Origin: an uncultured Gemmatimonadales bacterium | GTDB taxonomy: Bacteria; Gemmatimonadota; Gemmatimonadetes; Gemmatimonadales; GWC2-71-9 | Assembly: GCA_963795085.1 (NCBI GenBank) | Contig: CAWCFX010000001.1 | Location: 416,001-480,000 of the forward strand | Direction: 5' to 3' | DNA: 64,000 bases | Part shown: positions 16,601 through 26,790 of the stretch, one piece after another | How positions within the stretch are numbered: the stretch's first letter is position 1 | Layout of the letters: each line of letters starts with the position of its first letter | The notes under the pieces: model-generated | Told to the model about the DNA's origin: nothing | The model's input: the letters and a program-made list of their open reading frames with translations, nothing else | The model's database searches: none | Program-made: the position numbers and the translations under genes

Positions 16601-17827
16601 TCAATCCGGGAATCCCCACCTGATATTTCCTCTCCCGACATTCAGCACGCAGGCATTGGCCCGGAAGTGGTAGAGCCACTGGGTCACGTCCGGCGCGTCG
16701 ATGACCGCGAAGTCGGCCCGCTTTCCCACCTCGAGGGAGCCGGTGACGGTTTCCCGCCCCACGGCGCGGGCAGCATAGATCGTCGTGCCTTTCAGCACCT
16801 CGGCCGGGGTCATCCGCTGCATGGTGCAGGCGAGCATCATGGCCAGCGGCAGGTGATAGCTGGGTGCGGACCCGGGGTTGAAATCGGTCGCGACGGCGAC
16901 GGCGGCGCCGGCCTCAATCAGGGCCCGGGCCGGCATCGGCTGGTGATTGAGGTAGAGCGTGGCAAGCGGGAGGCTTACGGCGACCACGCCCGCCGCCGCC
17001 ATGGCCTGGATCCCGGCGGGTGAGATCTGCTCCAAATGGTCGGCGCTGGTCGCCTCCATTTCGGCGGCCAACTCGGCACCGCCCCCCGAGGTCAGCTGGT
17101 CGGCATGGAGCTTGAGCCCCATCCCCTCCGCGCGGGCCGCGGCCAGGATCCGGCGGCCCTCCTCGATGGTAAATGCCGAATCCTCCACGAACACGTCGCA
17201 GAAGTCGGCCAGGTGCTCCCGGCTGATGGCCGGGATGAGGGACTCGGTCAGCAGCGCTACGTACTCCGCCCGGCGGTCCCGGTATTCCGGCGGCACCACG
17301 TGGGCGCCGAGGAAGGTGGGGATCAGGTCCACCGGGGCGGTCTCCTGCAGGTCGCGGTAAACCTGGAGCAGTTTGACCTCGGTGTCCACGTCCAGGCCGT
17401 AGCCGCTCTTGCACTCGACCGTGGTGACGCCGAGCTGCACCATCTCGTCGAGGAAGCCGCGGCACCGGGCGGCCAGGTCCGCCGCGGAAACCTCGCGGGT
17501 CCGGGCCACCGTCGAGGCGATGCCTCCGCCCGCTCTGGCGATGTCGAGATAGGTGGCCCCGGCGATCCGCTGCTCGAACTCCGCGGCGCGCCAGCCTCCA
17601 AACGCCAGGTGGGTGTGGCAATCGATCAAGCCGGGAATGACCAGCCGGCCCCTGGCGTCGAAAGCCGTGAGACCCTGGAACTGTGCCGGCAGGTCGGCTT
17701 CCGGCCCGACCCACTGGATCATGGGGCCGTTCCAGACGATGGCCGCTTCGGGAATGGAATGGATGTCGCCCTGGCCGCCGGCTGGGCGGCAGGTGGCGAG
17801 CAGGCCGATGTTGCGGAGGACGGGCAC
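16601..17827 (-). CDS. hutI: Imidazolonepropionase
   Basis: PGLIDCHTH, GGGI.STV, E.KSGYG, CDVFVE, HADQL, ATDFNPGS. Downstream of hutU. Confidence 0.96.
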   Translation of the reverse strand: MPVLRNIGLLATCRPAGGQGDIHSIPEAAIVWNGPMIQWVGPEADLPAQFQGLTAFDARGRLVIPGLIDCHTHLAFGGWRAAEFEQRIAGATYLDIARAGGGIASTVARTREVSAADLAARCRGFLDEMVQLGVTTVECKSGYGLDVDTEVKLLQVYRDLQETAPVDLIPTFLGAHVVPPEYRDRRAEYVALLTESLIPAISREHLADFCDVFVEDSAFTIEEGRRILAAARAEGMGLKLHADQLTSGGGAELAAEMEATSADHLEQISPAGIQAMAAAGVVAVSLPLATLYLNHQPMPARALIEAGAAVAVATDFNPGSAPSYHLPLAMMLACTMQRMTPAEVLKGTTIYAARAVGRETVTGSLEVGKRADFAVIDAPDVTQWLYHFRANACVLNVGRGNIRWGFPD

Positions 17828-17833
17828 CGCCGG

Positions 17834-19525
17834 CTACTCCAGCATGGGCAGGTCAACCCCGCGCTCGTGGGCGGTGTCCCGGGCGATATCATAGCCCGCA
17901 TCGGCGTGGCGCATGACCCCGGTCCCCGGGTCCGCGGTCAGCACCCGCTGGAGCCGGCGGTCGCCGCTCTCGGTGCCGTCGGCCACCACCACCATGCCGG
18001 AGTGGATGGAATACCCGATGCCGACGCCGCCGCCGTGGTGCAGCGACACCCAGCTGGCCCCGCAGGCGGTGTTGAGCATGGCGTTGAGCAGCGGCCAGTC
18101 GGCGATCGCGTCACTGCCGTCCTTCATCGCTTCGGTCTCCCGGTTGGGCGAGGCCACCGAGCCGGTGTCGAGATGGTCCCGGCCGATCACGAGCGGGGCC
18201 GCCACCTTGCCCTTCTTTACCAGCCAGTTGAACCGCGCCCCCATCTCCGCCCGCTCGCCGTACTCGAGCCAGCAGATCCGCGCGGGCAGCCCCTGGAAGT
18301 GCACCTTCTGCTGGGCCTGCCGGATCCACCGCGCCAGCGCGTCCTTTTTCGGAAATGTGTCCAGCACCGCCTGGTCGGTCACCGCGATATCGGAGGCTTC
18401 GCCCGAGAGCGCGGCCCACCGGAACGGCCCGGCGCCTTTGCAGAAGAGGGGCCGGATGTATTCGGGGACGAACCCGGGGATATCAAAGGCCTGCCGCATC
18501 CCCCGCTGGTCGGCGACGTGGCCCCGGAGATTGTTGCCGTAGTCGAAGACGATCGAACCGGCCTGCTTGAGGTCCAGCATCGCCTGGACATGGACGACCA
18601 TGGAATCGAGCACCCGCTGCTCATACTCCGCCGGCGATTTTTCCCGGAGCGCCGCGGCCCCGTCCAGGCTCAACCCGGCCGGGATATAGCCCACCTGGAG
18701 GTCGTGTGCCGCGGTCTGGTCGGTCACCACGTCGGGTACGATGCCCCGGCGGACCAGCTCCGGCATCACCTCGGCGATGTTGCCGACCAGCCCCACCGAC
18801 AGCGCCTCCTGCCGTTCCTTCGCCCTGGAGACCAGGCCCAGCGCCTCATCGAGGCTGGTGCTCATCTGGTCACAGTAGCCGGTCTCCACCCGGCGGCGGA
18901 TCCGGGCCTCGTCCACGTCCACGCCGAGGAAGGCGGCGCCGTTCATCGTGGCGGCGAGCGGCTGGGCGCCGCCCATGCCGCCCAGGCCGGCGGTGAGCAC
19001 CAGCCGCCCCGCCAGGGTCCCGCCATAGTGCTGCCGGGCCAGCTCGGCGAAGGTCTCGTAGGTGCCCTGGAGGATCCCCTGGGTCCCGATGTAGATCCAG
19101 GAGCCCGCCGTCATCTGGCCGTACATCGTGAGACCCAGCTGGTCCAGCCGGCGGAACTCGTCCCAGGTGGCCCAGCGGGGCACCAGGTGGGCATTGGCGA
19201 TCAGGACCCGGGGCGCCTCCTCATGGGTGCGGAACACGCCCACCGGCTTGCCGCTCTGCACCAGCAGGGTCTCGTTGTTCTCCAGCCGGCGCAGCGTCGC
19301 GACGATCTTCTCGTAGGATTCCCAGTTGCGTGCCGCCTTGCCACCGCCGCCATAGACGATCAACTCGTCGGGGCGCTCGGCCACGTCCGGGTCCAGGTTG
19401 TTCATCAGCATCCGGAGCGCGGCCTCCTGGTGCCATCCCTTGCAGGACAGCGTATTCCCGCGGGGGGCCCGGATGATGCCGGGGGAATGGGCGATCGTCA
19501 TGACACGGGTCCTTGTCTGGTTCAT
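17834..19525 (-). CDS. hutU: Urocanate hydratase
   Basis: [45 protein letters not shown]. Confidence 0.98.
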   Translation of the reverse strand: MNQTRTRVMTIAHSPGIIRAPRGNTLSCKGWHQEAALRMLMNNLDPDVAERPDELIVYGGGGKAARNWESYEKIVATLRRLENNETLLVQSGKPVGVFRTHEEAPRVLIANAHLVPRWATWDEFRRLDQLGLTMYGQMTAGSWIYIGTQGILQGTYETFAELARQHYGGTLAGRLVLTAGLGGMGGAQPLAATMNGAAFLGVDVDEARIRRRVETGYCDQMSTSLDEALGLVSRAKERQEALSVGLVGNIAEVMPELVRRGIVPDVVTDQTAAHDLQVGYIPAGLSLDGAAALREKSPAEYEQRVLDSMVVHVQAMLDLKQAGSIVFDYGNNLRGHVADQRGMRQAFDIPGFVPEYIRPLFCKGAGPFRWAALSGEASDIAVTDQAVLDTFPKKDALARWIRQAQQKVHFQGLPARICWLEYGERAEMGARFNWLVKKGKVAAPLVIGRDHLDTGSVASPNRETEAMKDGSDAIADWPLLNAMLNTACGASWVSLHHGGGVGIGYSIHSGMVVVADGTESGDRRLQRVLTADPGTGVMRHADAGYDIARDTAHERGVDLPMLE

Positions 19526-19591
19526 AGGTGCCGACCGGCTTAAGATAGCTGGCCGGAAGGCCAGAATGCACGATCATCACCGGAGAGCGGC

Positions 19592-20494
19592 ATGACCCAT
19601 ATCCTCGGCGCTCATACCATCGACAATGGCGGCATTGACCAGGCGGTGCGCCGGGCGGCCCGGTCCGGCATGTCGGCCCTGCAGCTCTTCACCGCCATTC
19701 CCAAGTACTATGGCGACAAGTCCAGTATCCGCCCGGAGCGGGTGGACCGGTTCAAGGCTTCGCTGGCGGAGGCGAAGATCGCCCCGGGCAACGTGCTGGT
19801 GCACGCGGCCTACGTGCTGAACACCGCGACGGCCGACTCCGCCAAGTGGGACCGGGCGGCGGCCGGCCTCGTCAAGGAGCTGGAGCGTTCCACCGCCCTG
19901 GGCGTGGGGGCCTTCTGCTACCACCCGGGCGCTGCCACCGATGGGGACCGGCTCGGCGCGGTGAAGCGGATCGCGCGGGCCATCACCGAGGCCCTGGAGA
20001 AACACCCAGCCTCCCGCACCCGGATCCTGGTGGAAAACACGGCCGGGGCCGGGCTGACGATGGGCAAGACCCCGGACGAGGTCGGCGCCATCCTGGCCTG
20101 CATCCCACCCGCGCTCCGGTCCCGCACCGGGTACGGACTCGACACCTGCCATCTCTACGCCGCCGGGCACGATGTCACCCGGTCGAAGGAAGCATTCACG
20201 GCGATCCTCGATGCCTTCGAGAAGGCCGCCGGCGAGCCCCCGTCATTCTTTCACCTGAATGACAGCGAAGGCGCCCTCGGCTCCAACCGGGACCGGCACC
20301 TGCTGATCGGGGCGGGGAACATCGGGGTGGAGCCGTTCCGCTGGCTGCTCGAGGATCAACGCAGCCGCGGCGTCCCCCTGATCCTGGAGACGCCGCAGCA
20401 GAACATGGAGATCGCGGACGACGATACGAGTCCGGATCCGTTTGATGTGCAGATGATGGCCCTGCTCACGGGAATGGCGGAGGGCTGGTCGTGA
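19592..20494 (+). CDS. nfo: Endonuclease IV (AP endonuclease family 2)
   Basis: GAH, HA.Y..N, HPG, ENTAG, DTCH, HLNDS, DRH, ILETP. Confidence 0.93.
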   Translation: MTHILGAHTIDNGGIDQAVRRAARSGMSALQLFTAIPKYYGDKSSIRPERVDRFKASLAEAKIAPGNVLVHAAYVLNTATADSAKWDRAAAGLVKELERSTALGVGAFCYHPGAATDGDRLGAVKRIARAITEALEKHPASRTRILVENTAGAGLTMGKTPDEVGAILACIPPALRSRTGYGLDTCHLYAAGHDVTRSKEAFTAILDAFEKAAGEPPSFFHLNDSEGALGSNRDRHLLIGAGNIGVEPFRWLLEDQRSRGVPLILETPQQNMEIADDDTSPDPFDVQMMALLTGMAEGWS

Positions 20495-20888
20495 GGATTG
20501 TACTGCAGGCCGGCCCTGCCCTTGGACACCAAAGCACGAAAAGCAGACAACAAAACTAAACAAGAGGACGCGTTCACTTTTGAAGGAACACAAGTGACGT
20601 GGACCCCTGGGGTCTTTTGATTCTTCAGAATTTCGTGATTTGTTGTTCAGTTGTTTCGTGAGGATTGTACTGGAGGCCGCCCCTGTTCGAACACGAAAGC
20701 ACGAAATACAGACAAGAAGCCTGAGAAAGGTCAGGTTTCAACTCTAGGAACACGAGTGATCCCCTGGGTCTGTCTTTTAGTCTTCAGAGTTTCGTGTTTT
20801 GTTGTTCGGCTGTTTGTTGTTTGTTTGCTGTTCGGCTGTTTGTTGTTCGTTTGTTGTTCCGCTGTTTGTTGTTCAGCCGTTTCGTGCA
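20491..20888. repeat. Two ~167-bp diverged units of the palindromic family seen at 16 kb, ending in a (GCTGTTTGTTGTTC)-type tandem expansion
   Basis: GTGAGGATTGTACTG.AGGCCG.CCCTG...CAC.AAAGCACGAAA at 20491 and 20658. TTTCGTG right arms. GT-rich repeats at ~20797-20880. Confidence 0.85.
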
Positions 20889-20934
20889 GGCCGCCAGGAT
20901 CCTGCCGAAACCACCGACAGGACCCTGACGTCCT

Positions 20935-22476
20935 TTAGTTCCCTCCCAGCCGCAGCCGCTGGATGCCGTACTGGCCCCGGGCCACGCTGTACACCCGGAG
21001 GGTCGCGATCTTGCCGGCGCCGACCGCTTTCAAGGCCGACTGCAGCTCGGCCTCGGTCCGGACCGGTTTGCCTTCCACGGCGACGATGATATCGGGGCCG
21101 CCCCGGTCCTCGGCGGACTGAAGAACTTCGGCCGCCGGGCTGTTGGGCTGGAGCGACGTCACCACCAGGCCGGTGACGCCGGCGGGGATCTCGTAGTTCT
21201 GCCGCAACTGGGCCGACAGGGGCGCCACGTTCACGCCCAGGAGTCCCACGCTCTCGGACTCGCCTTCGACGGCGGGCTCGTCCCGCGGCTGGGTCTCTTC
21301 GTTGCCGGCGAGCGTCTCGTCCATCGCGACCAGCCGCACCTTGACGGTCTTGCGGACCCCGCCGCGGCGGGCCACTTCGACATCAACGGATTCGCCGGGC
21401 TGCCGGAAGCCCACCGCCTGCTGGAGCTGGGCCACGTAGAGGAGCGGCTTGCCGTCCACCGCGACGATGATGTCGCCCACTTCCAGGCCGGCCCGCTGGG
21501 CGGGTGAGTTGCGGGAGAAGTTCTCGATCCGCACCCCGCCGATCTGGGTGAGCCCGGCGTATTCGGCGTCTTCCTTGGTGGCCGTCTGCACCGTGATGCC
21601 CAGTGCCGCCCGGTGCACCCGCCCATCGGTGATCAGCTGGTTCATCACCACCTGGGCCAGGTTGATCGGAATGGCGAAGCCGTAGCCGGAGTAATACCCG
21701 GTCTCGCTGGCGATGGCGGAATTGATGCCGATGACCTCACCCCGGACGTTGACCAGCGGCCCGCCCGAGTTGCCCGGGTTGATCGCCGCGTCGGTCTGGA
21801 TGAAATCCTGGATGCCGCTGGGCGCGTTGCCCAGTCCCAGGGCCCGGCCCTTGGCGCTCACGATCCCGGAGGTCACGGTAAAGGAAAGCTGCTCGCCCAG
21901 CGGGTTGCCGATGGCCAGCACCCACTCGCCGATCCGGGCCGCGTCGCTGTTGCCCAGGGCGACCGGGCTGAGTCCCCGCGCGTCGATCTTGAGGACGGCG
22001 ATGTCGGTGCCCTCGTCGGAGCCGACCACCTTGGCCTCGAACTCCCGGCGGTCGAGCAGCCGGACGGTCACCGAGGTCGCTCCATCCACCACGTGGTGGT
22101 TGGTGATGATGTAGCCATCGGCCGAGACGATGAATCCCGAGCCGGTTCCCCGGAGGATCTGGGGGCGCTGGCGGGGGAAGAACTGCTCGAAGCCCTCGGG
22201 GACCCGCTGGTTCCGTTCCCGCCGCTGGGAGCTGACATACACCACGCTGGGGCGGACCCGTTCCGCCACCGCCGCGAAGGCGTCGCTCAGTTCGAGCAGC
22301 GGCCGCGCCGCGGGAATATCAGGCGCCGCGATGCGGGTGATCGCCGGGCTGGAACCCGACTGTTGGGCCGAGGAGCGGGTGGGAAGATCGAGCAGGCCGG
22401 CGAACAGGAGGCCCAGCGCAAAGGCCAGGACTACCAGGCTGCTGAATTTCATCCAGTTCTGAGTGCGTACGGACAT
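20935..22476 (-). CDS. degP: DegP/HtrA serine protease with two PDZ domains
   Basis: GSGFI, TNHHV, DIAV, IQTDAAINPGNSGG, N-terminal membrane anchor. Confidence 0.93.
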   Translation of the reverse strand: MSVRTQNWMKFSSLVVLAFALGLLFAGLLDLPTRSSAQQSGSSPAITRIAAPDIPAARPLLELSDAFAAVAERVRPSVVYVSSQRRERNQRVPEGFEQFFPRQRPQILRGTGSGFIVSADGYIITNHHVVDGATSVTVRLLDRREFEAKVVGSDEGTDIAVLKIDARGLSPVALGNSDAARIGEWVLAIGNPLGEQLSFTVTSGIVSAKGRALGLGNAPSGIQDFIQTDAAINPGNSGGPLVNVRGEVIGINSAIASETGYYSGYGFAIPINLAQVVMNQLITDGRVHRAALGITVQTATKEDAEYAGLTQIGGVRIENFSRNSPAQRAGLEVGDIIVAVDGKPLLYVAQLQQAVGFRQPGESVDVEVARRGGVRKTVKVRLVAMDETLAGNEETQPRDEPAVEGESESVGLLGVNVAPLSAQLRQNYEIPAGVTGLVVTSLQPNSPAAEVLQSAEDRGGPDIIVAVEGKPVRTEAELQSALKAVGAGKIATLRVYSVARGQYGIQRLRLGGN

Positions 22477-22521
22477 GCGTATTCCTGTGTTGTGGTACGG
22501 GCAGCTTTGTATTCCTAATCT

Positions 22522-22546
22522 AACGGGATGCGCGCCCCCCGGTTTC
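22522..22546 (-). promoter_or_regulatory. Candidate ECF-sigma promoter for degP
   Basis: GAAAC-N16-CGTT on the minus strand, ~45 nt upstream of the start codon. Confidence 0.6.
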
Positions 22547-22687
22547 GGTTGCCGGGAGAAATACCAGTCCTGCAAGGTCTACGGGTAGACAACACGAGTA
22601 ACTGGGCGCCGAGCTCCCGATCCTCAGGGACCCCGTCTCCCAGTACTCGCTGCTCATGCCAACCCTAAGCCTCACGCTTGCAATGGC

Positions 22688-24607
22688 TTAACTCTGTTTG
22701 TTCTCGTCCACGATCTCGTAATCCGCCTCCACGACATCCTCCGCGGGCGCCGCGTCAGCGGGCTGGGGCTGGCCATCGCCCTCCGGGGCGCCGCCGGCCG
22801 GGCCGGCATTGCTGGCATAGAGGGAGGCCCCCGCCGCCTGGTACGCGGCGTTCAGCTCGTCCAGCGCGGCCTTGATGCCGTCCTGGTCCCCGGTGCGGAG
22901 CGCCTCCTTGCCCCCTTCCACCGCGGCATCGAGCCGGGTCTTGAGGTCGGCCGAGAGCCGGTCCACCCATTCCTTGCTGTCCTTCTCGACCTTGTACACC
23001 AGGCCGTCGAGCTGGTTCCGGTGCTCGATCGCCTCCCGCCGCTTCCGGTCGTCTTCGGCATGCTGCTCGGCGCTCTTGACCATCTTGTCGATGTCGGAGT
23101 CGCTCAGGCCGCTCGACGCCTCGATGCGGATCTTCTGCTCCTTGCCGGTAGCCTTGTCCTTGGCCGAGACATGCAGGATGCCGTTGGCGTCGATGTCGAA
23201 GGTGACCTCGACCTGCGGCATGCCGCGGGGCGCCGGCGGAATCCCGGTCAGCTGGAACTTGCCGATGGTCCGATTGTCCTGGGCCATCTGCCGTTCGCCC
23301 TGCAGCACGTGGATCTCGACCGTGGTCTGGTTGTCCTCCGCGGTGGAGAAGGTCTCCGACTTCTTGGTCGGGATCGTGGTGTTCCGCGCGATCAGGACCG
23401 TGGTCACGCCCCCCAGGGTCTCGATACCCAGCGACAGCGGGGTGACGTCGAGGAGCAGCACGTCCTTCACCTCGCCCGCCAGCACGCCGCCCTGGATCGC
23501 CGCGCCGATCGCGACGACCTCGTCCGGGTTGACGGAGCGATTGGGCTCCTTCCCGAAGAAGTCCTTCACGATCTGCTGGATCCGGGGGATCCGGGTGGAG
23601 CCGCCGACCAGGATGACTTCGTCCACGGTCTTGGGATCCAGCCCCGCATCCTTGAGCGCCTGCTGCATCGGCGGGATCACCCGCTGGATCAGGTCGTCCA
23701 CCAGCTGCTCGAACTTCGCCCGGGTGAGCGAGTAGTTGAGGTGCTTGGGCCCCGACTGGTCCGCCGTAATGAACGGCAGGTTGATGTCGGTCTGCTGGGT
23801 GGTGGACAGCTCCATCTTGGCCTTCTCGGCGGCTTCCTTGAGCCGCTGGAGCGCCATCGCGTCCTTGGACAGGTCGATTCCCTGGTCCCGCTTGAACTCG
23901 GCCACCAGCCAGTCGATCACCCGCTGGTCGAAGTCGTCGCCGCCGAGGTGGGTATCGCCGTTGGTGCTCTTCACCTCGAAGACGCCCTCGGCCAGCTCCA
24001 GCACCGAGATGTCATAGGTGCCGCCGCCGAGATCGAAGACCGCGATCTTCTCGTCCTTCTTCTTGTCGAGGCCGTAGGCCAGCGCCGCCGCGGTAGGCTC
24101 GTTGATGATCCGCTTCACTTCCAGCCCGGCGATCTTCCCGGCGTCCTTGGTCGCCTGCCGCTGGGCATCGTTGAAGTAGGCGGGCACGGTGATGACCGCC
24201 TCGGTCACCTTGGTGCCGAGATAATCTTCCGCCGTCTGCTTCATCTTCTGGAGGACCATGGCGGAAATCTCGGGGGGGCTGTACTTCTTGCCCGCGATCT
24301 CGACCGAGGCCAGCCCACTGGCGCCGGCGCCGATCTTATAGGGGACCCGGCGGCCTTCTTCGGTCACCTCGTCCACCCGGCGTCCCATGAATCGCTTGAT
24401 CGAAAAGATGGTCTGCTTCGGATTGGTCACCGCCTGGCGCTTCGCCACCTGGCCGACCAGCCGCTCGTCGTCCTTCGTGAATGCCACCACTGACGGGGTG
24501 GTCCGCCCGCCTTCGGCGTTCGGAATCACGACCGGGTCGCCGCCTTCCATGACAGCCACGACGGAGTTGGTAGTGCCGAGGTCGATCCCGATGATCTTAT
24601 TGGCCAT
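22688..24607 (-). CDS. dnaK: Chaperone DnaK
   Basis: [43 protein letters not shown]. Confidence 0.99.
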   Translation of the reverse strand: MANKIIGIDLGTTNSVVAVMEGGDPVVIPNAEGGRTTPSVVAFTKDDERLVGQVAKRQAVTNPKQTIFSIKRFMGRRVDEVTEEGRRVPYKIGAGASGLASVEIAGKKYSPPEISAMVLQKMKQTAEDYLGTKVTEAVITVPAYFNDAQRQATKDAGKIAGLEVKRIINEPTAAALAYGLDKKKDEKIAVFDLGGGTYDISVLELAEGVFEVKSTNGDTHLGGDDFDQRVIDWLVAEFKRDQGIDLSKDAMALQRLKEAAEKAKMELSTTQQTDINLPFITADQSGPKHLNYSLTRAKFEQLVDDLIQRVIPPMQQALKDAGLDPKTVDEVILVGGSTRIPRIQQIVKDFFGKEPNRSVNPDEVVAIGAAIQGGVLAGEVKDVLLLDVTPLSLGIETLGGVTTVLIARNTTIPTKKSETFSTAEDNQTTVEIHVLQGERQMAQDNRTIGKFQLTGIPPAPRGMPQVEVTFDIDANGILHVSAKDKATGKEQKIRIEASSGLSDSDIDKMVKSAEQHAEDDRKRREAIEHRNQLDGLVYKVEKDSKEWVDRLSADLKTRLDAAVEGGKEALRTGDQDGIKAALDELNAAYQAAGASLYASNAGPAGGAPEGDGQPQPADAAPAEDVVEADYEIVDENKQS

Positions 24608-24698
24608 GTATGTATCTCCTTTGAACAGCCGTTCAACTTCGCGATTGGGCCGTGCGGCGGGTCGCCAAGCCCGGACGGATTCCCCTGCAGATCTTCCA

Positions 24699-24771
24699 AG
24701 CAAGCCACATTCCCGATTTTTATGCCCTTTTGGCAGGATCCGGCTTTCACTTGGTCAGGATCCGGCTTTCA
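24699..24771 (-). promoter_or_regulatory. Candidate sigma54 promoter for dnaK plus a 16-bp direct repeat pair
   Basis: Minus strand GGGAATGTGGCTTGCT (GG-N10-GC) at 24699-24714. CAGGATCCGGCTTTCA at 24734-24749 and 24756-24771. Confidence 0.5.
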
Positions 24772-24891
24772 TGGTATGGGGTGACTGTAGTCACCGCAGG
24801 CCGGTACTGGAAATGGGTATCAATGGGTCGCCAACTGGCGCTTCAGCCACTGGCTGGATCTCCACGAATGCATAGGAAGGGCGGTGTCAAA

Positions 24892-25041
24892 ATGCTTTGG
24901 ACGATTTTCGTAATTCTGCTCGTACTCTGGCTGCTGGGGATGGTATCCTCGTACACGCTGGGTGGATTCATTCACGTTCTTCTGGTGCTGGCAATCGTGG
25001 TCGTGCTGATCAGGGTCATTCAGGGCCGGCGCCCGGTTTGA
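24892..25041 (+). CDS. lmo0937-family small membrane protein
   Basis: MLWTIFVILLVLWLLGMVSSYTLGGFIHVLLVLAIVVVLIRVIQGRRPV. Confidence 0.9.
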   Translation: MLWTIFVILLVLWLLGMVSSYTLGGFIHVLLVLAIVVVLIRVIQGRRPV

Positions 25042-25119
25042 GCGAGAGGGGCGGGTCCGCCCGCCCCGGTTTCCATCCGCTTCCCGATCCGGGATATCCT
25101 GATCCCGGAGGAGGCGGTG

Positions 25120-25148
25120 AAGGGTCCGGTATCCGGGCCCTTTTTTTT
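25120..25148 (+). terminator. Intrinsic terminator
   Basis: AAGGGTCCGG-TAT-CCGGGCCCTT followed by a T-run. Confidence 0.8.
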
Positions 25149-25254
25149 GTGACCAAACGCACCGATACCGCCAGGTGATTAGCCCTAAACTGTCCGCGAC
25201 TTGTTCAACATTGCTGGCCACAGGCCGCGAGGCCTTTCTGCAGGGGGTAATGAC

Positions 25255-25746
25255 ATGATTCACACCGACAAGGCCGACCATTCCGAGGTGATCTCCGCCC
25301 TGAACGGTCTGATCGAGACGTGCAAGGATGGCGAGAAGGGATTTCGTACCGCCGCTGAAGGGATCGAGAATGGAGACCTGGCGACGCTGTTCATGAACTA
25401 CGCCGAGCAGCGGGGCAGCTTCGCCGCCGAGCTTCAGGCGGAAGTGCGCCGGCTGGGCGGGGATGCGGAGACCGGCGGGACGGCGATGGGGGCGGTGCAT
25501 CGCGGCTGGATCGATATCAAGGCGGCGGTGGCGGGGAAGGACGAAGGCGCCGTGATCGCCGAGGCCGAACGGGGGGAGGACCACGCGGTGAAGGAGTACC
25601 GCCAGGCCCTGGAAAAAAGCCTGCCCGCTGGGATCCAGACCATCGTGGAGAACCAGTATATCCACGTGCGGGACGCGCACGACCATGTCCGGGCCCTGGA
25701 GCGCCTGCACACCCAGCGGGGTGAGGCCCAGGCAAAGAAGGCATGA
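25255..25746 (+). CDS. PA2169-family ferritin-like four-helix-bundle protein
   Basis: LNGLIETCKDGEKGF..AAE, HRGWIDIK, EAERGEDHA..EY..AL. Confidence 0.92.
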   Translation: MIHTDKADHSEVISALNGLIETCKDGEKGFRTAAEGIENGDLATLFMNYAEQRGSFAAELQAEVRRLGGDAETGGTAMGAVHRGWIDIKAAVAGKDEGAVIAEAERGEDHAVKEYRQALEKSLPAGIQTIVENQYIHVRDAHDHVRALERLHTQRGEAQAKKA

Positions 25747-25958
25747 CCGCGCCAGGGAAGGGCCTGCCGCGGCGGGACGGAACGGAGGGTGGAGGAAAAG
25801 GCCGCAGCCAGGGGGAGGACCGGGAAGAGGAGTATGGTGGTCCCAATCCCCAGGATTCCGAACAGGCGCGGCGAGAGGTCCGGGATTCGCCCCGGGCCAG
25901 GGACCTCGCGGGACCGGAAGTGAAAAAGCCACGGGGTCACAACTCAACACAGGAGTAA
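25743..25958 (+). CDS. Small hydrophilic hypothetical protein
   Basis: ATGA overlap with the upstream gene. Fills the gap to the next gene. Highly charged and Gly-rich. Confidence 0.5.
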   Translation: MTAPGKGLPRRDGTEGGGKGRSQGEDREEEYGGPNPQDSEQARREVRDSPRARDLAGPEVKKPRGHNSTQE

Positions 25959-25961
25959 TGA

Positions 25962-26720
25962 ATGATGACGGACTACAAACGGGCCCCGGCGTTTGCCGCG
26001 TTGGCCCTGATGGCAGCAATCGCAGGTTGTGAAAAGCGCGCCGCGGACGACCTGGGCACGGTGGCCAGTGACTCCTCGCGCGAAGGGTCCGCCATGGTGC
26101 GGCTGGTCAACACGGTGCCTTCGGACGCCGCGGTTGACGTCTTTGCCGACGACGCCGCGGCGTTCTCCGCCGTCACCTTCAAGACGGTGACGCCGTTCAA
26201 ACCGGTCAAGGACAACCTGGTGACCTTTGAACTGCGCCCCTCGCCCGCCTCGGCGGCCGACTCGGTTGAACCCCTGGCCCAGAACCGGGAGATCCTCGGA
26301 GACGGGAACCGGTACACCATCATCGTGCTCCCCGCCGTTGGCGACGGCGATGAACCGACCCTGCGGGTCCTCGAGGAGCCGGATGATGCCACGGAAGCGG
26401 GCAAGGCCCGGCTCCGGGTCGTCAACGCCGCCCGGGGCATTGAGTCGTTCGACGTCTATCTCCCGGCGAGCGCCGAGCCGTTCTTCGATGACGTGAATTT
26501 CGGCACCGAGGCCGGGTTCAAGAGCATGGATGCCGGAAGCGGCCGGGTCGTGATCCGGGGCGACGACAATGGCCCGGTGCTGTTCACCGTGCCGGAGCGG
26601 ACCTTCGAGGCGGGCCGGACCTATACCATTGTCGTGACCAACAAGAGCGTCGGCAGCACCGAGATCGAAGCCATGACGATCGAGGATGACCAGCCGGTAG
26701 CGGCTGACCCGGCGCATTAA
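25962..26720 (+). CDS. DUF4397-domain lipoprotein
   Basis: SD AGGAG, lipobox IAGC, two repeats of VR.VN(A/T)...VDV typical of DUF4397. Confidence 0.85.
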   Translation: MMTDYKRAPAFAALALMAAIAGCEKRAADDLGTVASDSSREGSAMVRLVNTVPSDAAVDVFADDAAAFSAVTFKTVTPFKPVKDNLVTFELRPSPASAADSVEPLAQNREILGDGNRYTIIVLPAVGDGDEPTLRVLEEPDDATEAGKARLRVVNAARGIESFDVYLPASAEPFFDDVNFGTEAGFKSMDAGSGRVVIRGDDNGPVLFTVPERTFEAGRTYTIVVTNKSVGSTEIEAMTIEDDQPVAADPAH

Positions 26721-26790
26721 ATCATCCAGTCAGGGGCGGAGGCGTGGCGCGGTCTGACCGCGCCTTCGTCGTCCCCGGGAGGCACCTGCT

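Noticed and set aside
16085..16641. Short ORFs in the palindromic repeats (also 1842-2172 and 20651-21089)
   Set aside because: Frames are not preserved between repeat copies and the codon usage is atypical.
17036..19543. 835-aa plus-strand ORF
   Set aside because: Antisense shadow of hutI/hutU caused by high-GC codon bias.
24610..24890. CIRCE operator upstream of dnaK
   Set aside because: No TTAGCACTC-N9-GAGTGCTAA match was seen.
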